From: an uncultured virus (IMG/VR IMGVR_UViG_2660238585_000005)
Lineage: Duplodnaviria > Heunggongvirae > Uroviricota > Caudoviricetes
Reading direction: 5' to 3' (one strand)
IMG/VR virus record: IMGVR_UViG_2660238585_000005
DNA length: 64,000 nucleotides
The notes under the pieces were generated by a model. That model made no database searches. It saw nothing but the letters and a program-made list of their open reading frames with translations, and was not told the origin of the DNA. Shown in pieces: positions 57,050-64,000 of this stretch (position 1 is its first letter; each line of letters opens with the position of its first letter). The position numbers were made by a program, and so were the translations under genes.

Positions 57050-57180
57050 AGTTTATACTCCATACCGCTATAGAGTTCTCAAAGAGCCGTAAAGTTATAA
57101 TATTTGATGAGAATATATGGTTTCGAACCATATTCTACTAATAAATTTAGCTGTTTTCCCATATTAAACTATATCCTCAT
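57050..57180 (-). ncRNA. Conserved late-leader RNA: tRNA-like cloverleaf + boxA-like motif + GCGG hairpin (copy 2)
   Basis: Acceptor GAGGATA/TATTCTC, D arm GTTT/AAAC, T arm TATGG-TTCGAAA-CCATA, 5-nt anticodon loop; then CGGCTCTTTG and ACTCTATA-GCGG-TATGGAGT. Confidence 0.65.
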
Positions 57181-57358
57181 ATATAGATTAAATACAAATC
57201 TATCTTAATTATTTTATATAAAATAATGTAATCGATAGTAAGTAGTTAATATTGTATAATTTCTTTATACTAATATAATATCATACTTACTATCAATTTA
57301 ATTCTTCACTTTTTCCGAAGTTTTTCTAAAAATATATACTCATTCAAGATTAAAATTT

Positions 57359-57844
57359 TTATCTACTATGATTTTCAAAATTATAAAGTGGAAAAATTAT
57401 AGGTATAGATTTTTTTATCATATTTTCTCTTATGGAGTAATACGTATCTTTTCCTACATTCATTTTTAATCCATATACTTGCCAATTTTTTATATTTTGT
57501 ATGTATCTAATATTAAACATTTCATTTTCTTCTTTATTAAAGTTATCTATAGCTCTCTCAACTCGTTTTATACTTACCTCTTTTTCATACTTTAATTGTT
57601 CTAATAACTGTAACTTCTTCTGTTTTTGAATAATTTCTATTTCAACAGGTGAATTTATATTATCACTTTTTTGAACTTTTTCTAAATACTCAGTTGACCT
57701 AAAACCATTGTAATCAAACTTTATAAATTCTATCTCTTCTTCTATACATATAACTTCTCTTTTTAAATCTTTAAATTGATAAAATAGACTTTCAACTTTA
57801 TTAAATAAGTTATGTTTTTTTGATACTTTTACTGTAGTACTCAT
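57359..57844 (-). CDS. ArpU/RinA-family late activator
   Basis: Same architecture and position as 26682-27185. Confidence 0.78.
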   Translation of the reverse strand: MSTTVKVSKKHNLFNKVESLFYQFKDLKREVICIEEEIEFIKFDYNGFRSTEYLEKVQKSDNINSPVEIEIIQKQKKLQLLEQLKYEKEVSIKRVERAIDNFNKEENEMFNIRYIQNIKNWQVYGLKMNVGKDTYYSIRENMIKKSIPIIFPLYNFENHSR

Positions 57845-57860
57845 AATATCACCTCTATTA

Positions 57861-58265
57861 TTATTCTAATTCTTCGATTATAACTTCAACTCTAGGATTA
57901 TTATCAAAGTATTTATTTGCAATTAATTCAACAATTTGTGTATCATCATTATAAGCAACTTTATTTAAAGCATCACATATTATTTTTACAACATTATCTA
58001 TGTCTGGCTTAATATTAAAAGGTCTTACTTTACCACTTAATTTTGATTCTTTTAGCTTTTTATTATCACTTTTAGCTATTTTATAATAGCAATTTATAGT
58101 TAGTTTTATAGCTTCAGAAAAATAAGGTTTATTTTCTGCTCTATATAATAGTTTTATATAATTTTCATAAATAATAGTTTCTTCTGGTGTTCTTATTTTT
58201 CCATAACTTAACCTTGGTCTATCCTTTCCTTTTGGTTTTCCATTTATAATAAATTTAGCTTTCAT
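57861..58265 (-). CDS. rusA: RusA Holliday junction resolvase
   Basis: PKGKDRPR, KPDIDNVVKIICDAL..AYNDDTQIV. Confidence 0.93.
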   Translation of the reverse strand: MKAKFIINGKPKGKDRPRLSYGKIRTPEETIIYENYIKLLYRAENKPYFSEAIKLTINCYYKIAKSDNKKLKESKLSGKVRPFNIKPDIDNVVKIICDALNKVAYNDDTQIVELIANKYFDNNPRVEVIIEELE

Positions 58266-58274
58266 ACTAATCTC

Positions 58275-58508
58275 CTAATAATTTTTCGAATTAAAATCAT
58301 CTTCATTTGATTCTCCACCTTTAATGCCCCATACACTCATTACCTTATCAGCACTTTGTGGATAATTTATTTTCCCATTTATCTCTTTACCACATATACA
58401 CTGAGCTAAAGCCATATAATTTGGATATGTTTTTGAGTCACTAGGCTTAAAAAATGTTTTTTGTACACTGGGTATGTACGCTTCTTTTTTCATAAATCTG
58501 CCCTCCAT
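58275..58508 (-). CDS. Conserved phage hypothetical protein (homolog of 27991-28221)
   Basis: YPNYMALAQCICGKEINGK. Confidence 0.8.
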   Translation of the reverse strand: MEGRFMKKEAYIPSVQKTFFKPSDSKTYPNYMALAQCICGKEINGKINYPQSADKVMSVWGIKGGESNEDDFNSKNY

Positions 58509-58612
58509 AAATTTTTAAATTAACACTTTATTTTAATTTATAAACTTGTTGTTTGTTTTTTATAAATATTTAATTTAATAATATTGTTTTTTCATATTTA
58601 TAAGTTATAATT

Positions 58613-59152
58613 TTAACAATTAAATTTCTTATTATCTTTAATTTCTATTTTATATCTTTGCCTAAATAACCTTTTAGCTTCTATAGCTTGTTTTAAATTT
58701 CCTCGGCTAGCATTTAAGTACTCACATGCTTTATTAATGCTTTTTATCTCAATAATTTCATTTTTCAAAGTATCTGTAATTCTAACTTCCTTACATTTTA
58801 TCCTTTCAATATTCTCTGGTACTTCAATCATATATCGTTTTTTGAATTTAATTTTATGTTTTATATATATAGTTATATCTGATCTTCTAATGTTTAAAAA
58901 TTTACAACAATCATTTAATGTATTAAACTCATAAACCTTATTTTCAACCTCATCTGTAACCCTCGCTCTATGATTATAACTTTTTTTAGGGCTTTTAATA
59001 TTCCTATATGCTCCACCCTCTCCATATCTAGCATCCTCTAAAATTATATGTTTAATTGCTTTTCCAATACTTAATTTAGGGTTTAGTATACAAGCTAGTA
59101 ATGCCATATAGTTTTCTGTAAAGTCAAAATCATATGTATTGCTATATTTCAT
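58613..59152 (-). CDS. Putative DNA-binding protein with NUMOD1-like repeats (homolog of 28205-28750)
   Basis: DFDFTENYMALLACILNP, NKACEYLNASRGNL. Confidence 0.72.
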   Translation of the reverse strand: MKYSNTYDFDFTENYMALLACILNPKLSIGKAIKHIILEDARYGEGGAYRNIKSPKKSYNHRARVTDEVENKVYEFNTLNDCCKFLNIRRSDITIYIKHKIKFKKRYMIEVPENIERIKCKEVRITDTLKNEIIEIKSINKACEYLNASRGNLKQAIEAKRLFRQRYKIEIKDNKKFNC

Positions 59153-59185
59153 ATCTGATAGCTTCTCCTTTTCTGCTTTTCACCT

Positions 59186-59989
59186 TTACTTAGCTTCATA
59201 AATTCTATAATTTAATTTTTTACCTTTCATTATAACTGTATAATTTTTGCATTTTTCATATAACCTAGACCCTATAGCTTCATCAATTTCTAATAAGTTA
59301 CTCAATGATTTTTCAGTAGTAATTATCATGGGAAGGTTTTTGAAGTATCTATAATCAATTATTTCATACATTATGTTTATATCAGATTCAGTAATTCTTC
59401 CCTTAAATAAATCATCTATAAATAAAATCTGAGCTTCCTTATATTTGATTATTTCTCTTTGATAATTTTCTTCATCAGTTATACACTGCTTAATTTTAGT
59501 TATGATGTTTCTATAAGGCATATATATAACGCCTTTACCATCATCTAATAGTATATTTGATATAGCCATAGCTAAATGTGTTTTACCACTTCCAACTTGT
59601 CCCATTAGCATTATTGAATTTTGCTTCTTATTAATAATAGATTTAAATTCTTTAGAGTAAGTCTTTGATGTTACATACGCTTCCATTGCCTCAATACTAC
59701 TTTCATACTTAAAATTTTCAAATCTCATTTTTCTAAATTCTTCACTTATCCCTGATAGTTTTAACTTATTCTCTGCTATTCTTAAGTTTCTACATTTACA
59801 TGGTGCAAAACTTCCATCATCTAGCTCTATAAAGAGCATATCTCTACATTTAGAACACTTATATTCATTTTTTGCTAAGCTCTTTGCACTTTTCAAGCAA
59901 TCTAATTTTTCTTGATTCTTCACTTTCTCTACTATCATTTGTACTCTTTTTTGTAGATTTATCTTTTCTTGTTCTAACATATAGATCAT
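59186..59989 (-). CDS. DnaC/IstB-like helicase loader ATPase
   Basis: CSKC..CKC Zn site, GQVGSGKTHL, LFIDDL. Confidence 0.92.
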   Translation of the reverse strand: MIYMLEQEKINLQKRVQMIVEKVKNQEKLDCLKSAKSLAKNEYKCSKCRDMLFIELDDGSFAPCKCRNLRIAENKLKLSGISEEFRKMRFENFKYESSIEAMEAYVTSKTYSKEFKSIINKKQNSIMLMGQVGSGKTHLAMAISNILLDDGKGVIYMPYRNIITKIKQCITDEENYQREIIKYKEAQILFIDDLFKGRITESDINIMYEIIDYRYFKNLPMIITTEKSLSNLLEIDEAIGSRLYEKCKNYTVIMKGKKLNYRIYEAK

Positions 59990-60758
59990 CTCCTTTATAC
60001 AATTTGGCTTCTATATTTTTTTCTATATTTGATCTGTATAGTTTTAATTTATCCACCGTAGTAATTCCAGCTTCTAACCACTTATTTATAATACCTTCTA
60101 TGTAGTATATAGATTTTATATTTGATTTTATAGATATTCTCATTGCTTCTATAAATAACTCATTTTGTATTTTTTTTGATAATTTAACTATCCTATCTTG
60201 TTCAATTGAATTTAATATATAATTACTAGCTATTTCTCTTTTATAAAAGTTTATTATATCTTCTATAGTAGTCTCTTTTGTTTTATCCAAATTATTTAAA
60301 CTTATATTTTTAATATTGTTATTATTAAAGCTTTTATTATTAGGGGGGTTAATTTGATTACTATCAAGTTGACTACTATCAAATTGACCATTGTCAATTT
60401 GACTAGTATCATATTCTTCTCTTGCAACTTTTATTTCTCTAGTATCCATTATTAATTCATATAAGTTGCTGTCATTTCTATTACCTTTTCGTCTCTTATA
60501 AACACGTATATATCCATGTTCTTTTAATTGTTTTATATTTTTATTAAATCTTCTCTCCGTTGTTGCTAGTTCAGCAAGCATTAATTCTTTTCCCGGAAAA
60601 CAACTACCATTACTTCCTGCAAAACTAGCTAAATATGCATATATAGCTTTTGCTTCTAAGCTTAACAATTTATCTCTAGTTATCTTTTTAGGAATTAAAC
60701 CATATCCTTCATTTAAAATACTGGTACTTTGAAAATATGGTTTATCTTTCACTTCCAC
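59865..60758 (-). CDS. Replication initiator (HTH + DnaD-like domain) with iterons
   Basis: AKAIYAYL..CFPG HTH; YIEGIINKW DnaD motif. Confidence 0.88.
   Translation of the reverse strand: MEVKDKPYFQSTSILNEGYGLIPKKITRDKLLSLEAKAIYAYLASFAGSNGSCFPGKELMLAELATTERRFNKNIKQLKEHGYIRVYKRRKGNRNDSNLYELIMDTREIKVAREEYDTSQIDNGQFDSSQLDSNQINPPNNKSFNNNNIKNISLNNLDKTKETTIEDIINFYKREIASNYILNSIEQDRIVKLSKKIQNELFIEAMRISIKSNIKSIYYIEGIINKWLEAGITTVDKLKLYRSNIEKNIEAKLYKGDDLYVRTRKDKSTKKSTNDSRESEESRKIRLLEKCKELSKK
60349..60402. repeat. Four palindromic iterons TCAANTTGA at 15-bp period (probable origin)
   Basis: Copies at 60349 (degenerate), 60364, 60379 and 60394. Confidence 0.8.
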
Positions 60759-60796
60759 TATATTTCACCTTCTTTTGTATTAAATAGCCATTATCA

Positions 60797-61621
60797 TTAT
60801 TGAGTAATATTTATTTCTTCACTTTCATCTTTTAATTCAAATCCAACCTCAATAGGTTCTATTTCATCTTCGATTAAACTCATATCTTCATCTATTTTAG
60901 ATTTAACAGTTTCATCTGAGTTAACTGCCTTTTGAATTTCTATACTTAGTGGAGCGTATTTTAAAAGTTGTTTTATAACAGTTTTCTTTGCCATTGCATT
61001 AAAATCAGTTTGCCAAGGTCCATTTTTAAAAGTCTTACTTTTACTTCTAGCATGATTTAACACTTCTTCTTTGGTCATGAATATAAAACTATATCCACCT
61101 GAAGTTAAATGGTAAACTGAGTAATAACCTATAACTTCTCCTCTTTCCCCAGTTATTACAGGCTCATGTATAATATCTTGATTTAGTCCATACTTTACTT
61201 CAAACTTATCATTTTCTCTAACCTCATGTGCATATAAACTCTTTATTTGTCCACTTCTTAATGCCAACTCCAGTAATCCCTTATATCCAATTTGAAATTG
61301 AACTTTATTACCATATGGAATTAGATAGGCTTGTCCTAGTGGTGTATTTGGTTCTAAACCTAGTTGAGCTGAATCCATCATAGCTGCTAAAAAACTCATA
61401 GGATCACAACTTAAAAATTTAGAATTACTTCCAAATGCTGTTAAAACTAGTCTTTGAAATCTCTCGCTTGATATATGTTCTGGTAAGGCTTTCTTTATTT
61501 GTCCTGACATTTGTCTCATTAATTGCTCCATAGCTTTATTTGGGCTAGATTTTTTGACATTTATTGTTTCTGATGCTTTATTTGCTAGTTTATTTTTTAA
61601 ATCTGTCATTTTATATACCAT
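60797..61621 (-). CDS. recT: RecT-family recombinase
   Basis: AQLGLEPNTPLGQAYLIPY, IGYKGLLELALRSG, AMAKKTVIK. Confidence 0.95.
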   Translation of the reverse strand: MVYKMTDLKNKLANKASETINVKKSSPNKAMEQLMRQMSGQIKKALPEHISSERFQRLVLTAFGSNSKFLSCDPMSFLAAMMDSAQLGLEPNTPLGQAYLIPYGNKVQFQIGYKGLLELALRSGQIKSLYAHEVRENDKFEVKYGLNQDIIHEPVITGERGEVIGYYSVYHLTSGGYSFIFMTKEEVLNHARSKSKTFKNGPWQTDFNAMAKKTVIKQLLKYAPLSIEIQKAVNSDETVKSKIDEDMSLIEDEIEPIEVGFELKDESEEINITQ

Positions 61622-61627
61622 CCTTCT

Positions 61628-62614
61628 TTATTTTTCTTTTCCAATCTTAAAAATTCTTGAAGTGCTAATTTTCATAAATTGTTCTGCTATATCTGGCATC
61701 TCAGCTTTTAATCTTTTACTATCTAAAGTTTTTCTAGAAGAATTTTTCCATGTTATTTTTCTAGTTCCTATTCTAGCTACTTCAAATTCTTTCATATGAG
61801 CTTGTATTTCTTGTTCTATTAATTTTTTCTCCTTCTCTAATTGTTTTATATCTGATAATATGTCATCATATCTTAAAAGCTTTTCTTTCCCATTTTCTAA
61901 AAAATGCAATTCTATTTCTTCATTATTAGAAAATTTATATTTCTCTTTTAAATACTCACTGTATGCATCTGATCCATCTGGTAAAGGTACAATATCTTTT
62001 AATATGTTTTCTTCCCAAAACCTTTTTTCTATTTGCATAAGATAGTTTATCGACTCTTCATCCCTAACTAATTTATGAAATAAGAATTCACTGTTCCCAA
62101 TTAACACAGCTATATAGCAATGTGTAGCACCTGTTATAGCCATATAATGTAAGCATTGAATTTCATAATGTATTGGAATCCCTTCTTGCCATTCTTTTAG
62201 TGAATATGAACCCGTTGTTTTACACTCTAAAAAAGCTTTTTCTCCTAAAATAGCTCTATCTATATTTCCTAGTGCAAAAGGATATTTATCATTTTTAAGT
62301 ATGCCATTAACATTTCTTACCTTTAATCCAGTTTTTTCTGTAAATAATTCAGCAACCAAGCCCTCTAATCTATTTCCTAATTCAAGTCTAAAAGATTTAA
62401 CTTCTTTTGGACTATCTGCTTTTTTTTCCATATAAAGTTGTATTGAACTCTTCCATGGATTAACTCCTATAACTGCAGATGCATCACTACCTCCTATTCC
62501 CGATTGTCTGTACTTTAGCCATTTATCCTTTTTTATATCTTTTGTATCAACTACTATGTATGAATCTAAATATTTTCTTTGCCTTTCACATTTATTTCTA
62601 TTCATAAAATCCAC
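61628..62614 (-). CDS. YqaJ-like viral exonuclease
   Basis: GIGGSDAS, LECKT, QCLHYMAITG. Confidence 0.95.
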   Translation of the reverse strand: MDFMNRNKCERQRKYLDSYIVVDTKDIKKDKWLKYRQSGIGGSDASAVIGVNPWKSSIQLYMEKKADSPKEVKSFRLELGNRLEGLVAELFTEKTGLKVRNVNGILKNDKYPFALGNIDRAILGEKAFLECKTTGSYSLKEWQEGIPIHYEIQCLHYMAITGATHCYIAVLIGNSEFLFHKLVRDEESINYLMQIEKRFWEENILKDIVPLPDGSDAYSEYLKEKYKFSNNEEIELHFLENGKEKLLRYDDILSDIKQLEKEKKLIEQEIQAHMKEFEVARIGTRKITWKNSSRKTLDSKRLKAEMPDIAEQFMKISTSRIFKIGKEK

Positions 62615-62684
62615 CCTTCTATTGGACTATTATATTTAATAATTTATTTAAAATTAAGCTTGTCCTAATTTGTATGTATAGCTA

Positions 62685-62864
62685 CTATTTTTTAGTAGCT
62701 AACTTACCTTCTTGGTATAACCTTTTTGCTATTCTATAATTAATCTTTGCTATTCTGTCAAGGATTGCCTGAATTTCTTCATCTGTTTGCTTTCTTCCAA
62801 GCCTCACTTCTGGAGAAATTATTTCTATTATCGCATTTTCAGTTTCTACCTTATAAATATCCAT
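62685..62864 (-). CDS. 59-aa protein MDIYKVETENAIIEIISPEVRLGRKQTDEEIQAILDRIAKINYRIAKRLYQEGKLATKK, candidate RDF
   Basis: Translated by hand; AAGGGGGG RBS; follows sigmaE/SpoIIID-like promoter. Confidence 0.65.
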   Translation of the reverse strand: MDIYKVETENAIIEIISPEVRLGRKQTDEEIQAILDRIAKINYRIAKRLYQEGKLATKK

Positions 62865-62885
62865 AATGTAATCCCCCCTTTATAA

Positions 62886-62915
62886 TTTATATGAATTATA
62901 AAAATTGTCCTATTC
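62886..62915 (-). promoter_or_regulatory. sigmaE-like promoter with embedded SpoIIID-consensus site
   Basis: GAATA-N17-CATATAAA with TAGGACAATT; matches 30860-30889. Confidence 0.62.
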
Positions 62916-62954
62916 AACACTATTTCTATGTAAATATGAAAAATATTGATATGT

Positions 62955-63155
62955 CTATATAGTTTTTTTAAATAGCATTTTTAAATCACACTCTGGAAAA
63001 AATTGTTCTTGTATTTTAAGAGCTTCATCATAAGTAAATGAATACTTACCTGATAGTTTTAAATTTAAAGTATTGTAAGTTTTGCCTATGTATTTGGCTA
63101 TAGATGCTTTTTTTATTTTTTTCCTAGCTATCTCAGCCTCTAAATTAAGATACAT
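62955..63155 (-). CDS. Cro-like regulator
   Basis: NLEAEIARKKI..LNLKLSGK..FTYDEA. Confidence 0.88.
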   Translation of the reverse strand: MYLNLEAEIARKKIKKASIAKYIGKTYNTLNLKLSGKYSFTYDEALKIQEQFFPECDLKMLFKKTI

Positions 63156-63173
63156 TTGATGCTTCCTCCTTTG

Positions 63174-63298
63174 AACGTTATTTCGTTTGTAATTTTATGT
63201 TATACTAAATTTCGTTTAAAATCAACATTTTTTTTATTTTTTTATAAAATTTAAATATTTTTAAATGAAATTTCGTTTATTATGATTGAATTTACGTT
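63174..63298. promoter_or_regulatory. Four operator-like sites, consensus AACGAAATTTCGTT
   Basis: Variants at 63174, 63203, 63264 and 63285 between cro and repressor. Confidence 0.72.
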
Positions 63299-63339
63299 TA
63301 TAAAATGCTAATATATACAATAGAAAGGAGGTTTTTATA

Positions 63340-63822
63340 TTGAATAAAACTAATAAATTAAAACAACTAATTTTAAATAAATATGGTAGTATAAGAGAAT
63401 TTTCTAGAATTGTACAAATACCTAGCACCACATTAACCAGTGCACTAGATAAAGGTATTGGCGGAATGGCTGTAGACCGAGTTATTAAAATTTGCGATAT
63501 ATTAAATATAGATATAAAAACATTTGATCCTCTAGATCAAGATAATGAAATTTTTTCTAAAAAAGATGATTTAGATAAAAATAAAGTTAATAGTTTTAAA
63601 TCTGTTAAGGAACAAAATTTATTAAGCAATTTCTATAAACTTAACGATTTAGGAAAAGATGAAGCAATTAAAAGGGTTTATGAATTAACTCAACTAAAAA
63701 ACTATACTGAAAAAAACACTAGCTTAAATATAAAAACTATAGCTGCCCACAATGACCATTTAACCGAGTATGGTGAAATGGATAGAATATTAGAAGATAT
63801 AAAAGATATGAATAATTGGTAA
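63340..63822 (+). CDS. ImmR/CI-like repressor
   Basis: KYGSIREFS..IPSTTL HTH; C-terminal TIAAH motif; divergent from cro. Confidence 0.85.
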   Translation: MNKTNKLKQLILNKYGSIREFSRIVQIPSTTLTSALDKGIGGMAVDRVIKICDILNIDIKTFDPLDQDNEIFSKKDDLDKNKVNSFKSVKEQNLLSNFYKLNDLGKDEAIKRVYELTQLKNYTEKNTSLNIKTIAAHNDHLTEYGEMDRILEDIKDMNNW

Positions 63823-63838
63823 AGTTTAGGTGATTTAT

Positions 63839-64000
63839 ATGAATATATATGAGGAATTACAACAAGAAGCACATGAAAATAATATAATAGTAAAAGAAGT
63901 TTCACTTAAGTCAAGCTCTGATGGTCTATATTATGATGGAAAAATTGCTATAAATAAAACTAGATTGACTACTAATAAAGAAAAGGCATGCGTTTTAGCA
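63839..64000 (+). CDS. ImmA/IrrE-family peptidase, 5' part (cut by window edge)
   Basis: MNIYEEL...DGLYYDGKIAINK...EKACVLA, the segment preceding the xELGH motif. Confidence 0.78.
   Translation, partial: MNIYEELQQEAHENNIIVKEVSLKSSSDGLYYDGKIAINKTRLTTNKEKACVLA

Larger units (their letters stand above)
39092..64000. mobile_element. Prophage 2 (PBSX-type terminase, SPP1-type portal, skin-like early region); continues beyond the window
   Basis: Lysis-tail-head-terminase-RusA-DnaC-initiator-RecT-YqaJ-cro-repressor-ImmA; begins where the host substrate-binding ORF stops prematurely. Confidence 0.92.

Noticed and set aside
7789..62045. Many plus-strand ORFs overlapping minus-strand phage genes (for example 7789-8205, 8896-9237, 12720-13004, 16839-17225, 18758-19048, 46773-47072, 52458-53121, 61554-62045)
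   Set aside because: Antisense shadows of clear genes, with no RBS or recognisable motifs.
63702..63905. 67-aa minus-strand ORF
   Set aside because: Antisense to the repressor and immA genes.

Overview
Very AT-rich clostridial DNA (Clostridium perfringens-like by gene content; inference, not verified). Most of the window is two tandem, co-oriented siphovirus-type prophages separated by a 2.6 kb host island. Prophage 1 (left end before base 1, right end ~36505-36522) is a cos/HK97-type phage with a large serine integrase. It sits inside the ATPase gene of a NitT/TauT (B. subtilis YtlACD-like) ABC transporter: the orphan ATPase 3' end is at 36507-36698. Prophage 2 (attL ~39092, running past the right edge) is a PBSX/SPP1-type phage with a skin-like gene order. 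It truncates the substrate-binding gene of the same transporter, which has a sigmaK-like promoter. In both phages a sigmaE-like promoter containing a SpoIIID-consensus site precedes a small RDF-like ORF, which suggests sporulation-programmed excision of two elements to rebuild one transporter (hypothesis). Both phages also share a non-coding late leader: a tRNA-like cloverleaf, a boxA-like motif, a GCGG hairpin and a terminator. Other points: an in-frame TGA at a Zn-ligand Cys of the packaging HNH nuclease, forespore-type promoters on cargo genes, a candidate defence gene pair, and hairpin-rich accessory DNA at the left end.
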